Of a DNA stretch of 24,000 bases, positions 7,420 to 14,979 are shown piece after piece (position 1 is the first letter of the stretch; every line of letters starts with the position of its first letter). The notes beneath the pieces were generated by a model. The model did no database searches and was not told where the DNA came from. It worked only from the letters and a program-made list of their open reading frames with translations. The stretch comes from Kribbella orskensis (lineage in GTDB: Bacteria; Actinomycetota; Actinomycetes; Propionibacteriales; Kribbellaceae). The position numbers were made by a program, and so were the translations under genes. The stretch covers positions 1-24,000 of the forward strand of contig NZ_SLWM01000034.1 of assembly GCF_004342085.1 (NCBI RefSeq). Reading direction: 5' to 3'.

Positions 7420-7949
7420 ATCACGCCGACCGTCGGTGACGGAACGCGACGTCGTGTTCAAGCAGCGCAGCAGGCCCACAGACAGTAGTCTGACGGGATG
7501 TCTGTCGAGTCAACATTGCGGCGCCGGCGGGCCGAGCTCACGATCGGCCACCTCGACGAACGCGGCAGGTGCGGTCGGCCACGACATCCCCAACGCCTGC
7601 GCGACCTCACTGATCGCCCGGTTCGCGTCCCCGACCGCCACACCCGTAAGGGATGCCACGCGGCGCCGTCGCCACGTTGCCCTTCACCGACGACGACGGC
7701 ACCCCGCACGACGGACAGTCGGCAGCGCTCTCGTCAGCGGTCTGGAGATGGACTTCCCGGACGCCGCCAGGCAGCAGCACGACATGCTCAACGCGCACGC
7801 CCGCCAACCCGAACGGCAATGTCGTGTCGTTGCTCAAGCTCGTGGCCTCGTCTACTGAACTGTCTCGACAACAGCCAGTGTTCAGAGGTCATGAGCCCCT
7901 ACCCCGCAGGCAGAGACCGCGTGTCGTGCCCGGTCAAGATCGAAGAGCC
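7420..7949 (-). mobile_element. ISL3-family insertion sequence remnant: terminal inverted repeat plus truncated, frameshifted transposase N-terminus
   Basis: - Reverse complement of 7931-7949 reads GGCTCTTCGATCTTGACCG, an ISL3-type IR start (GGCTCTTCG).
- From 7837 the translation LPFGLAGVRVEHVVLLPGGVREVHLQTADESAADCPSCGVPSSSVKGNVATAPRGIPYG is the ISL3 zinc-finger N-terminus.
- A second frame gives AISEVAQALGMSWPTAPAAFVEVADRELG.
- A third frame gives LLEHDVAFRH (compare IDEHVWRH).
- The catalytic DDE region and the second IR are absent. Confidence 0.7.
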
Positions 7950-7980
7950 ATTTTGATAGCTGGCGGGGCAGGGCGCTGGC

Positions 7981-8406
7981 CTAAGTGTGGCGTCGCCTCG
8001 GATTCAGCTGGGGCAGTGCTCTCGACATGCTTGGACGCAGATGCGCACCAATTCTACCTTCGATCCGTCGGACAGCTACCAACGGCGTATCGGAGCGCAG
8101 CGGGAACAGTATCAGCGTGTCCCACTGCTGGAATCGCTCCTTATGGCGTAGATGCTCGGAGAGACGGGCCTGCATTCCTTTTGAATCCTCTGGTCGAACA
8201 ACCGACCCGACGTACAGTACCTCGCCGGATAGTCCGAGAGCCACATAAACGGCAACGCGATAGTTGGGGACACGCTCGCCAGAACCAATCTTGATCGGAT
8301 CCCTAAGTGCCTCCAGAAGGTACTCGCCGGCGTACTGGGCGAGCACCTCGTAGTCGATTGGTCGGCTAACCATCGCTTGGCGTGGATGTTTGCTGTCGAA
8401 TAGCAT
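7981..8406 (-). CDS. Small GIY-YIG-like nuclease-domain protein (third gene of the uncharacterised operon)
   Basis: NYRVAVYVALGLSGEVLYVGSVVRPEDSKGMQARLSEHLRH ... VAVRRIEGRIGAHLRP shows GIY-YIG spacing: VYV ... YVG ... R ... H ... E. Two possible ATG starts (8406 or 8373) both overlap the end of the upstream gene (stop TAG 8366-8368). Confidence 0.6.
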   Translation of the reverse strand: MLFDSKHPRQAMVSRPIDYEVLAQYAGEYLLEALRDPIKIGSGERVPNYRVAVYVALGLSGEVLYVGSVVRPEDSKGMQARLSEHLRHKERFQQWDTLILFPLRSDTPLVAVRRIEGRIGAHLRPSMSRALPQLNPRRRHT

Positions 8407-10321
8407 CCGCTACGCGCCAGTTTCTCTCATATTCATCCGTATGGCTGCCAAGTAACTGGAGCATCTCGCGCAACTCGTCAACCTGAGCAGGCATCATTCC
8501 TCGAGCTTGGTACATCGCTCGACCACGGCCATCATCGATGCTGCGAACGTCCTCTTCGGCCTGCACCGCTTCCTTCAATCGACGAGTGAGCGTAGCAATC
8601 GCATCCAGATACTCGTCATCTGGATTCCGCGGAGGTGGAACAGCTGGACCTGACCTCGGCACGAACTCTAGGCGGATGGTGTCGTCTCGCAGCGGCACAG
8701 CCGTGCCGACTGCGCTCACATCGATCGAGCCCCGATCATCGATGACGGTACTTGCTTGGGCTCCGTCCCGACCGTCGAGAATGGCGCGGGCCAGCTGCCT
8801 GACTCCTCGCGCATTCTTCGTCATACCGTCAACTAGCTCAGCTGGAGAGCGCCGGTCACCGCCGGGACCCAGGTCGTTTCTCGGCATAGCTAATTGACCG
8901 TGTTTGGAGAGGTACCAGATCGCTCGCACGGCGAGTTCCATGCCCTCTGCGCTGATGCTGCGCTGAGCGGCTGCCTCGACAGCAGGTGCTACTAGCACCT
9001 CGACCTCATTGCTTGACGGCGCCCAGTTGCTCGCCAAGACGTCGGCCGGTACGGCGGATTCAAGGATCCTACTCTCGCGCTCGGCCGCCGTTTCGGTGAT
9101 CAGCCCACGACGGGATCTCATGGCTAATGCGACCGCGAGAGGTACACGGTCGCGACTTCGTACCACTGCTCGTCCCTGATCCCGCTCCAGCACCGTCGCG
9201 ATAGGGCGCCGAATCACAGTTGCGTACGGCCTCTTGCGCGTAGTGAATAGCCAAAGTAATTCGGCCCAGCGATCGTCTTCTTGGACCTCGAAACTATCAA
9301 TACTGGAGATATTCGCGGCTATCCTTCCCGCCAGCCATGCGTACTTCTCATCGCTAATCAATCCCTCATCGCGGAGTGCGATGAGACAGGTTTCGCCGAG
9401 ATGCACATCTTTCGCTGCCGGGTCCCATTGCTTCTTGTGATTCAGATGGTCCTGTGCCACCTTTGCGGCAACCGCGTCGCCGAGGGACACGCTTGCGCCG
9501 GCGTCAACATCGACACCGACGACGAGGTCAAGGGGCATCGTGGCAACGCGGAGCCGCGCTCTGTCTGCCTCAGTGAGGCTAGATGCAGACGACAGGGCCA
9601 GGTTGTTGAGCTCGTCGATTAGGCGGCGCTGAGCGCGATCGTCAACGAACACTTGCAGGAGATCGCTCGCGGTCACGCCAAGAATGGCTTGCGCGTGGCT
9701 CACCCGCGTGCTGCCCTCGCGAATGAGAACGGCCCCAAGAAGGGGGTCACCTTCGGCGCTTTCGATCCGGGCGGGGACCGCCAGTGGAGGCTCCATGATG
9801 CCTTGCGAAGCGATGGGTGGGTGCGGCACATTGTCTCGCATCGCAGCTTGCATGGTTGTGTTCAGCTGCCACAGTAGTTGGTCGATGCTGTCAACAGCGA
9901 TCGAGAAGTCGTCTGGCCCGGATGAGCTGGGCGGATGTATAGGTGCATATTTTGCCCGCTGATCAGATCCCGGCAATATTGCTGCTGGAAACGGGATTTG
10001 ATTTAGAGTTCTCGGATTTGTGGCATCGGCGATTACGCGTGTGGTATAGACCTCGACACGAATAACCTGTAGCTCTGCGCCCGGGACGCGGTAGGATGTC
10101 GGACTGCCGAGTAGAGTGCCCGCCAGCTTGGGGTTGACTACGGCTCTCGCGACCGCCGCGGCACTTTCGGGTGAAACTCCAGCCCCGCGCTCCAGTTGCC
10201 TACGGAACGAGTTTCGTTCTGCATTCGAGGGAAGTGCTGGGACTAGGCGCAGCGGTTTGGGTGAATCGAACGATGCGTCATCCAACTCTGGCACTGTGCC
10301 GTCTGTTCGATCTTCTGTCAT
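8366..10321 (-). CDS. Large (651 aa) uncharacterised protein with ParB/Sulfiredoxin-like N-terminal motifs and a long helical C-terminal region
   Basis: The only long ORF across ~2 kb, with an ATGA overlap to the upstream gene at 10318-10321. Three motifs follow the ParB_N pattern, with EGSTR in place of GxRR:
- LQVIRVEVYTTRVIADATNPRT (hydrophobic strand then NPR)
- GIMEPPLAVPARI (GxxxPxxV box)
- LIREGSTRVSHAQAILG

The rest has no family I recognise. Confidence 0.7.
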   Translation of the reverse strand: MTEDRTDGTVPELDDASFDSPKPLRLVPALPSNAERNSFRRQLERGAGVSPESAAAVARAVVNPKLAGTLLGSPTSYRVPGAELQVIRVEVYTTRVIADATNPRTLNQIPFPAAILPGSDQRAKYAPIHPPSSSGPDDFSIAVDSIDQLLWQLNTTMQAAMRDNVPHPPIASQGIMEPPLAVPARIESAEGDPLLGAVLIREGSTRVSHAQAILGVTASDLLQVFVDDRAQRRLIDELNNLALSSASSLTEADRARLRVATMPLDLVVGVDVDAGASVSLGDAVAAKVAQDHLNHKKQWDPAAKDVHLGETCLIALRDEGLISDEKYAWLAGRIAANISSIDSFEVQEDDRWAELLWLFTTRKRPYATVIRRPIATVLERDQGRAVVRSRDRVPLAVALAMRSRRGLITETAAERESRILESAVPADVLASNWAPSSNEVEVLVAPAVEAAAQRSISAEGMELAVRAIWYLSKHGQLAMPRNDLGPGGDRRSPAELVDGMTKNARGVRQLARAILDGRDGAQASTVIDDRGSIDVSAVGTAVPLRDDTIRLEFVPRSGPAVPPPRNPDDEYLDAIATLTRRLKEAVQAEEDVRSIDDGRGRAMYQARGMMPAQVDELREMLQLLGSHTDEYERNWRVADAIRQQTSTPSDG

Positions 10322-10917
10322 GTCGACTTCCGTTGGGGGAGCACAGCTGTTTGCTCAGCGATCTCAACGTAGTGCGAACGTACTTGGCCGCTTACCTTCT
10401 TGGATCTCAGGGCGTTCTCTCTCAACTGGAAGGCGGCGCCGTATCGGAGATCGGCGTCAAGGCTTACTAGGCAATATGTAGATTCGTCGTCACGTTCATT
10501 GACTTCGATCTCGAGGCCAAGGTCCCGCAACTCTCGGGTTCTGCGTTCCGTGTGAATCTTGTCCCCACTGAGTAGGCGGATCCTCCAGCCAGGGATCGGC
10601 TCGCCAACCTGGGACGCTAGAAGGGCGTATATGTCTGGATGCGGCGTTGTATAGCGCCGGAAGGTGAAAAACTCCGGATCGACTCGCCCAGCGAACAATG
10701 AACGCATCTCATCCATGACTGACTGCTTGACTTCGTCTAGCTTGAACTGCTCGCGGGGTACCACAGACAGAGCCATCTCCTGGAAGCTAAGTGCCAGCGC
10801 ACGCTTCGCCCGGTGGTACTCCCTCGCCAATACCTCACCGAACGCATCCTGCTGATCGAGCGCAGAATTGAAGCGCCCGACTGCCGCTCGCGCTGCCGCA
10901 AGATTTCTGTCAGCCAA
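10318..10917 (-). CDS. Uncharacterised 199-aa protein with possible C-terminal winged-helix (first gene of the operon)
   Basis: TTG start at 10917 with AAGGGG 6 nt upstream. Its stop overlaps the next start. The segment GEPIPGWRIRLLSGDKIHTERRTRELRDLGLEIEVNERDDESTYCLV resembles the RxRELRxxGxxI...Y-L winged-helix pattern seen in nuclease-associated DNA-binding modules. The domain call is inference only. Confidence 0.6.
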   Translation of the reverse strand: MADRNLAAARAAVGRFNSALDQQDAFGEVLAREYHRAKRALALSFQEMALSVVPREQFKLDEVKQSVMDEMRSLFAGRVDPEFFTFRRYTTPHPDIYALLASQVGEPIPGWRIRLLSGDKIHTERRTRELRDLGLEIEVNERDDESTYCLVSLDADLRYGAAFQLRENALRSKKVSGQVRSHYVEIAEQTAVLPQRKST

Positions 10918-11462
10918 TGGATTCCCCTTCTAGCCAGCACAGTCGGTTCGGCTGTGGTTCAGACCTTATCCATTGGGCAACGTCTGCGGGAGTCTTGCGA
11001 TGCTCAGGGCGTGTCTGATCTGATCAAAACTACAAGACATTACCCCGTCCTTGCAGAGAGTGACGAGGTCGATGTCGTTGCCCTCAACTTGACCGATGCT
11101 CGCAGCTCTTCGCCAGGCATGCGTGGCGTGTTGCTGTCCTGATCTACTTGCCCGCCAGGTCAGTGACTGCCTTGACTATTCACTCTGGTCAGTCCCGGGG
11201 TGATATACCCGCGTCGTTCGTCGAGGCCGAGGTTTCACGAGCCTTGCGATCTTGTGGGTGCTGCGTACGAGCCTCGAGGCTGATGCTGCCTGTGCCCTAT
11301 GGCTACGAGGGACAGGATCCTGATCAATAGTGAGATGCATCAAACGCGAGGAGTTCCCCGACAATCCGGTGCGAGGCGGTCCGTCCGATTCGCGCCCACA
11401 TCTGAGACTGAATTATCTGCGAGGTACAGGCGTCGAGTAGTTGCGCTTGCACGCCGCGAGGG

Positions 11463-12325
11463 CTAGATCCTGCTGTGTAGGCGGTCGAACTCATGGTTGT
11501 GGGATGTGAGAGCGTCGGGCGTTGGTGCTGCGGTTCTCCTATTCCGTGGGAGTATGCGGATCTGGTCGTACTCGCGGTACCGGCTCTTCTTCAGGGCGGC
11601 TGACAGTTGGACTCGGCGGGATGACGCATCGACGGTTAGCTCGAAGAAGTCGAATAGTGTGTGGAGGTCGGCGCGGAGTAAGAGGCCGTTGCCGACTGTG
11701 TTGGTGTGTGCGCCGCTTCGAGGGCTGGCTCTGCGTCGCATTTGCTGATGCAGCACCTACCGCCGTAGGCCTTGATGAGGTCGCTGCGGACCTGTGGTTG
11801 ACCACGTCGAGCGACGACCGAGCGCAGTGTAAACCGGCGTGCGTCGATATCTGAGGCAAGGGTCTGGCGTTCGGTTTCGACTTGGTTCACCAGAGCATCC
11901 GAAATTTGGGAGATGGCGCTTCCAAGGACTAAGTCGCGTAGCCGGTGGATGCCTCGATCATCGTCGAGGCGTGCGACGCCGCGGTTCGCCATTCCAGTGA
12001 ACTCGGCGATCACCTGCATGTCTGACCATGAGCGCGTAGCTGCTGCTGGTGGCTCGGAGATCCGCTCGAGGTCGAAGCGGCTGACATAGTGCCGTTCAGC
12101 ATGGTCGGGCCACGGCACACCTTCTGGCTCCGAGACGGGCCTGGCATCTTCTGACGCGATCGCGTGGGCTATTAACCTCCGCCCTTGGTTTTCCAGAAGA
12201 AAAGGTCGTCGCCGGCGGCGATGGGGAAGCGTTTGGTTGTGGCTCAGACGGCGTGTTCCTTGGCGATGTGCCAGTTGTGGGGTCGCTTGCCATCGACGTT
12301 GATGATCCAGCCAGACATTGGTCAT
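11463..12325 (-). pseudogene. HNH (HNH_2/PF13391-like) endonuclease gene disrupted by an out-of-frame deletion at the catalytic histidine
   Basis: One frame reads RRGQPQVRSDLIKAYGGRCCISKCDAEPALEAAH and then runs to a stop. The continuation TNTVGNGLLLRADLHTLFDFFELTVD is in another frame, with the junction at about 11703-11710 in a CACACACCAACACA tract. Intact homologues carry roughly 8 more residues (IxPxxG...) between AAH and NxxxNGLLL. The 5' end is uncertain (possible ATG 12019). Confidence 0.75.
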
Positions 12326-12402
12326 GCCCCTTCAGCGAAAGATCGCTGCGGGTGGAGGCATGTCCGAAGTGGAAGCCTGTCGGGCCGCTGCTTAGATGTG
12401 GT

Positions 12403-14295
12403 TCAGGCGCGGACTAGATCGCCTGTCACTAGTTGGTGGAGTACACCGCGGGTTTCCGGGTCGGGGGAGTAGAGGATGGTGCCGACCATGCCTCGAGTCA
12501 GAAGGACTTTGTAGGTGTTGCGGACTAGGCGGTCGAAGGTCTGGTCGTCGATGGTTTTGCGGTTCTTGAAGGCTGGGTCCTTGTTGGCGTTGCGGACTGT
12601 CGTGAAGCGGCCGTCTCGCCAGACGAGGTCGGGGCCGATGATTACGCCGCTCCAGTCGTATTCGAAGCCTTGGGCGGTGTAGACGCAGCCGACCTGGTCG
12701 AAGCCGTTGGAGTCGGTGGCCCAGAGGGCTGCTGGTGGGGCGTCGCCCACCTTGCGGTCGCCCTTGAGGTTCCACGGACGTGCCCAGTCGCCGATCTGTA
12801 CGTCGGGTACGAGGGTCTTGTCCGGGCGTGGGTCGCTCCAGGGCCAGCAGTAGCCGGCGGCGATCCGGGCTCCGTAGCCTTCGGCGGCCTTGGCTCTGAG
12901 GATTGCCTCCATGGCCTCAGGTGTGTCCGCGATCTCCACGGCGAAGGATGGATCGCCTGCCCACGGAGTCGGCTCTCCGTCCGCGAGTCCCCGCAGGTTC
13001 ATCACCCACTGGACGTACTCCTCGCTGCCGCCGCAGCGGAACTGGCCGTCGAGGTTGATGTGGATCGGTGCGGGAAGGCCAACGGAGGCGGCGTACCTCT
13101 CGATGTCGGCGACAGTACCGAGTTCGCCTGGCTTGACAACCTGGTGCTCGTCGAGAAGGAACACGGGTATTCGAGCGGCCGCAACAAGCTCCTCGATCTG
13201 CGGACGGCCGGTACGGAACTGGGCGGGGGTGTAGCGGTCGACTGACGTCTCGCGGATGCGGTGTGCCTCGTCGAGGATGAGGACGTCGAGATCGTTGGGC
13301 TCGGCATCCATGAACTGGTTGAAGTACTTGAACATCCGCTGGACCCGCGGCTGCCGTGCTCCGGCGACCTTGCGAAGTGTCTGCGTGAACGAGCGGGAGC
13401 CGGTCGCGTGCAACACGCTGCGGCCGCGGCGGGAGAGTTCGCCGAAGAGGGACAGGGCGATCACGCTCTTGCCGCTGCCAGGTCCGCCGGTCACGATGAT
13501 GATGGATTTCTGGTCCGCCTGCCACGCTCGTTCCACCTTGTGCAGCACCATCGAATGAACGAGTTTCTGTTCCGCGAGGAGTACGAACTGCTCACGCCTC
13601 TGGACCTCGTCAGCTGCAACTGCCAGCAGTTGCTTCGACGGCGCGACCGCCGAGTTGATCAGCTGATCGGCGTACGGGCTGCCGGGCACCTTCGGATCGA
13701 GCCGCTCGCGAAGGAAGTCGATGAACTCCGTCCGGCGGGCTCCGATGAAGAGCCGACCCCGCTGGTCCTGCGGATAGTCGAACAAGTCGCGTACGGCGGA
13801 CTCGGCGATCGCGTTGTGCAAGTACGCCGCACCGGTGACGGCGTCCGCCTGACCGTCGAGGATCTTGGTGAAGTCGGACAGATAGTCGCAGTACCCGCGA
13901 ACCTGGGCCACCGGGTGGAGACGTGGGGAGTTCGGGTAGCCGTCGATGAGGACGAGCTCGCGATCGTCCTGCCACGCTGCCGCGCGACTCCACTGCTTGA
14001 GCTCGATGACCACGTACGACGCGGCGCCCGTCTTCGGGTGGCGGCCGGCCAGTACGACGTCAGCACGTTTCGAGGTCAGCGGGAGGTGATGCTCGATCAG
14101 GACTTCGACGTTGTCGAGGCCGGCCTGGATCAGGTCCTGGGCGAGGATCGGCAGGCTGCGTTCCCATGAGCGGAGCTCGGCCGGAGCGGGGCGGCGGCCC
14201 GTGAGGTAGCGCATCTGCTCGGCGATCCTCACGGCCAAGGTTCCATCCAGCGTCAGTTCGGCGAAACCGACCGCAGAGTGGCGAAACAACGTCAC
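12403..14295 (-). CDS. DUF2075-type protein: N-terminal PD-(D/E)xK-like nuclease module fused to a P-loop NTPase/helicase-like core
   Basis: - Nuclease-like motif: KRADVVLAGRHPKTGAASYVVIELKQW (D...ExK).
- Walker A: VTGGPGSGKSVIA.
- Walker B: DVLILDEAHRI.
- DUF2075 hallmarks: FLLDEHQVV, LDGQFRCGGSEEYVQWV and VGCVYTAQGFEYDWSGVIIGPDL.
- GTG start at 14295 with GGGGGA 7 nt upstream. Confidence 0.9.
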   Translation of the reverse strand: MTLFRHSAVGFAELTLDGTLAVRIAEQMRYLTGRRPAPAELRSWERSLPILAQDLIQAGLDNVEVLIEHHLPLTSKRADVVLAGRHPKTGAASYVVIELKQWSRAAAWQDDRELVLIDGYPNSPRLHPVAQVRGYCDYLSDFTKILDGQADAVTGAAYLHNAIAESAVRDLFDYPQDQRGRLFIGARRTEFIDFLRERLDPKVPGSPYADQLINSAVAPSKQLLAVAADEVQRREQFVLLAEQKLVHSMVLHKVERAWQADQKSIIIVTGGPGSGKSVIALSLFGELSRRGRSVLHATGSRSFTQTLRKVAGARQPRVQRMFKYFNQFMDAEPNDLDVLILDEAHRIRETSVDRYTPAQFRTGRPQIEELVAAARIPVFLLDEHQVVKPGELGTVADIERYAASVGLPAPIHINLDGQFRCGGSEEYVQWVMNLRGLADGEPTPWAGDPSFAVEIADTPEAMEAILRAKAAEGYGARIAAGYCWPWSDPRPDKTLVPDVQIGDWARPWNLKGDRKVGDAPPAALWATDSNGFDQVGCVYTAQGFEYDWSGVIIGPDLVWRDGRFTTVRNANKDPAFKNRKTIDDQTFDRLVRNTYKVLLTRGMVGTILYSPDPETRGVLHQLVTGDLVRA

Positions 14296-14441
14296 GGGTT
14301 ACATCCCCCAGGCAGCACGAACAGAGTCGTGCGGGTGGGGGCGTGTCCTGTGAACGCTGACGTTCGGCGGAAGCCCGTCGGGCCGCGCCTCGAACTCTAT
14401 CCAGTGGGCGACCTCGGTGGGATCCGTGTCATGCTCGCGGC

Positions 14442-14789
14442 GTGTCAGATTTGATCGAGTTGCGAGACCGGATGCGGGCCTTCACCGACGAGCGCGACTG
14501 GGCGAAGTTCCACGATCCGAAGTCGCTGATCCTGGCGTTGGTCGGAGAGGTGGGTGAGCTCGCCGAGCTGTTTCAGTGGCTGCCGGCCGACGAAGCGGCC
14601 CAGAAGGTCAGCAGCGATCCGCTGCGGCGGCGGGTCGGGGAGGAGATGGCCGACGTACTGGCCTACCTCGTCCGGCTGGCCGACATACTGGACATCGATC
14701 TGGCCGAGGTTGCCAGGCAGAAGCTCGAGAACTCGGCCGAACGGTTCCCGCCGGCCGACTTCCGAGGCGAAGCACCCGAGAAGATCTGA
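14442..14789 (+). CDS. MazG-like all-alpha nucleoside triphosphate pyrophosphohydrolase (dCTPase/DCTPP1-like small form)
   Basis: RDWAKFHDPKSLILALVGEVGELAELFQW and VGEEMADVLAYLVRLADILDIDL give the ExxE ... ExxD metal-binding pattern of the MazG family. 115 aa with a GTG start. Divergent from the DUF2075 gene across 146 bp. Confidence 0.9.
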   Translation: MSDLIELRDRMRAFTDERDWAKFHDPKSLILALVGEVGELAELFQWLPADEAAQKVSSDPLRRRVGEEMADVLAYLVRLADILDIDLAEVARQKLENSAERFPPADFRGEAPEKI

Positions 14790-14837
14790 CTGGCCGACGC
14801 CTCGTTTGCAGCAGCCGCGCGATCCGTCGAGAGGCGT

Positions 14838-14854
14838 GCTGAGGTTTCCTCAGC
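14838..14854 (+). terminator. Hairpin GCTGAGG-TTT-CCTCAGC about 50 nt downstream of the MazG-like gene (possible U-tract-less terminator)
   Basis: Perfect 7-bp stem with a 3-nt loop. No T-tract follows, so terminator function is uncertain. Confidence 0.3.
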
Positions 14855-14979
14855 GGTCGAGGACGCGTGCGTTGAGTTCTGACAACCGGCGGCATGCATG
14901 CTGGGACGCCCGTGCTTTCTAGCAGCCTCATCAGTGATAGCGGAAGGTTCTTGGCCGCGATTGAGGGCATCCTGGGGGG

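Noticed and set aside
7436-8294. Plus-strand ORFs of 140, 152 and 213 aa between the R-M module and the three-gene operon
   Set aside because: They are Arg/Pro/Ser-rich shadow frames over the ISL3 remnant and the GIY-YIG-like gene. The minus strand carries the recognisable ISL3 and GIY-YIG-like sequences.
11016-11026. Short palindromes in intergenic DNA: TGATC-T-GATCA here, CTAGGCCTAG at 16088-16097, and GCGGCAC-N9-GTGCCGC at 16112-16134
   Set aside because: They are too short or isolated to distinguish from chance in 24 kb, and none is positioned against an identifiable promoter.
10945-11130. Minus-strand reading ...IGQVEGNDIDLVTLCKDGVMSCSFDQIRHALSIARLPQTLPNG* that looks protein-like, upstream of the three-gene operon
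   Set aside because: There is no ATG/GTG/TTG start between the preceding in-frame stop and this segment, and no recognisable family. It is possibly a gene remnant but cannot be supported as a feature.
12670-14169. Plus-strand ORFs (191, 114, 100 and 302 aa) opposite the DUF2075 gene
   Set aside because: They are shadow frames with no motifs. The minus strand encodes the complete Walker A/B and DUF2075 hallmark motifs.
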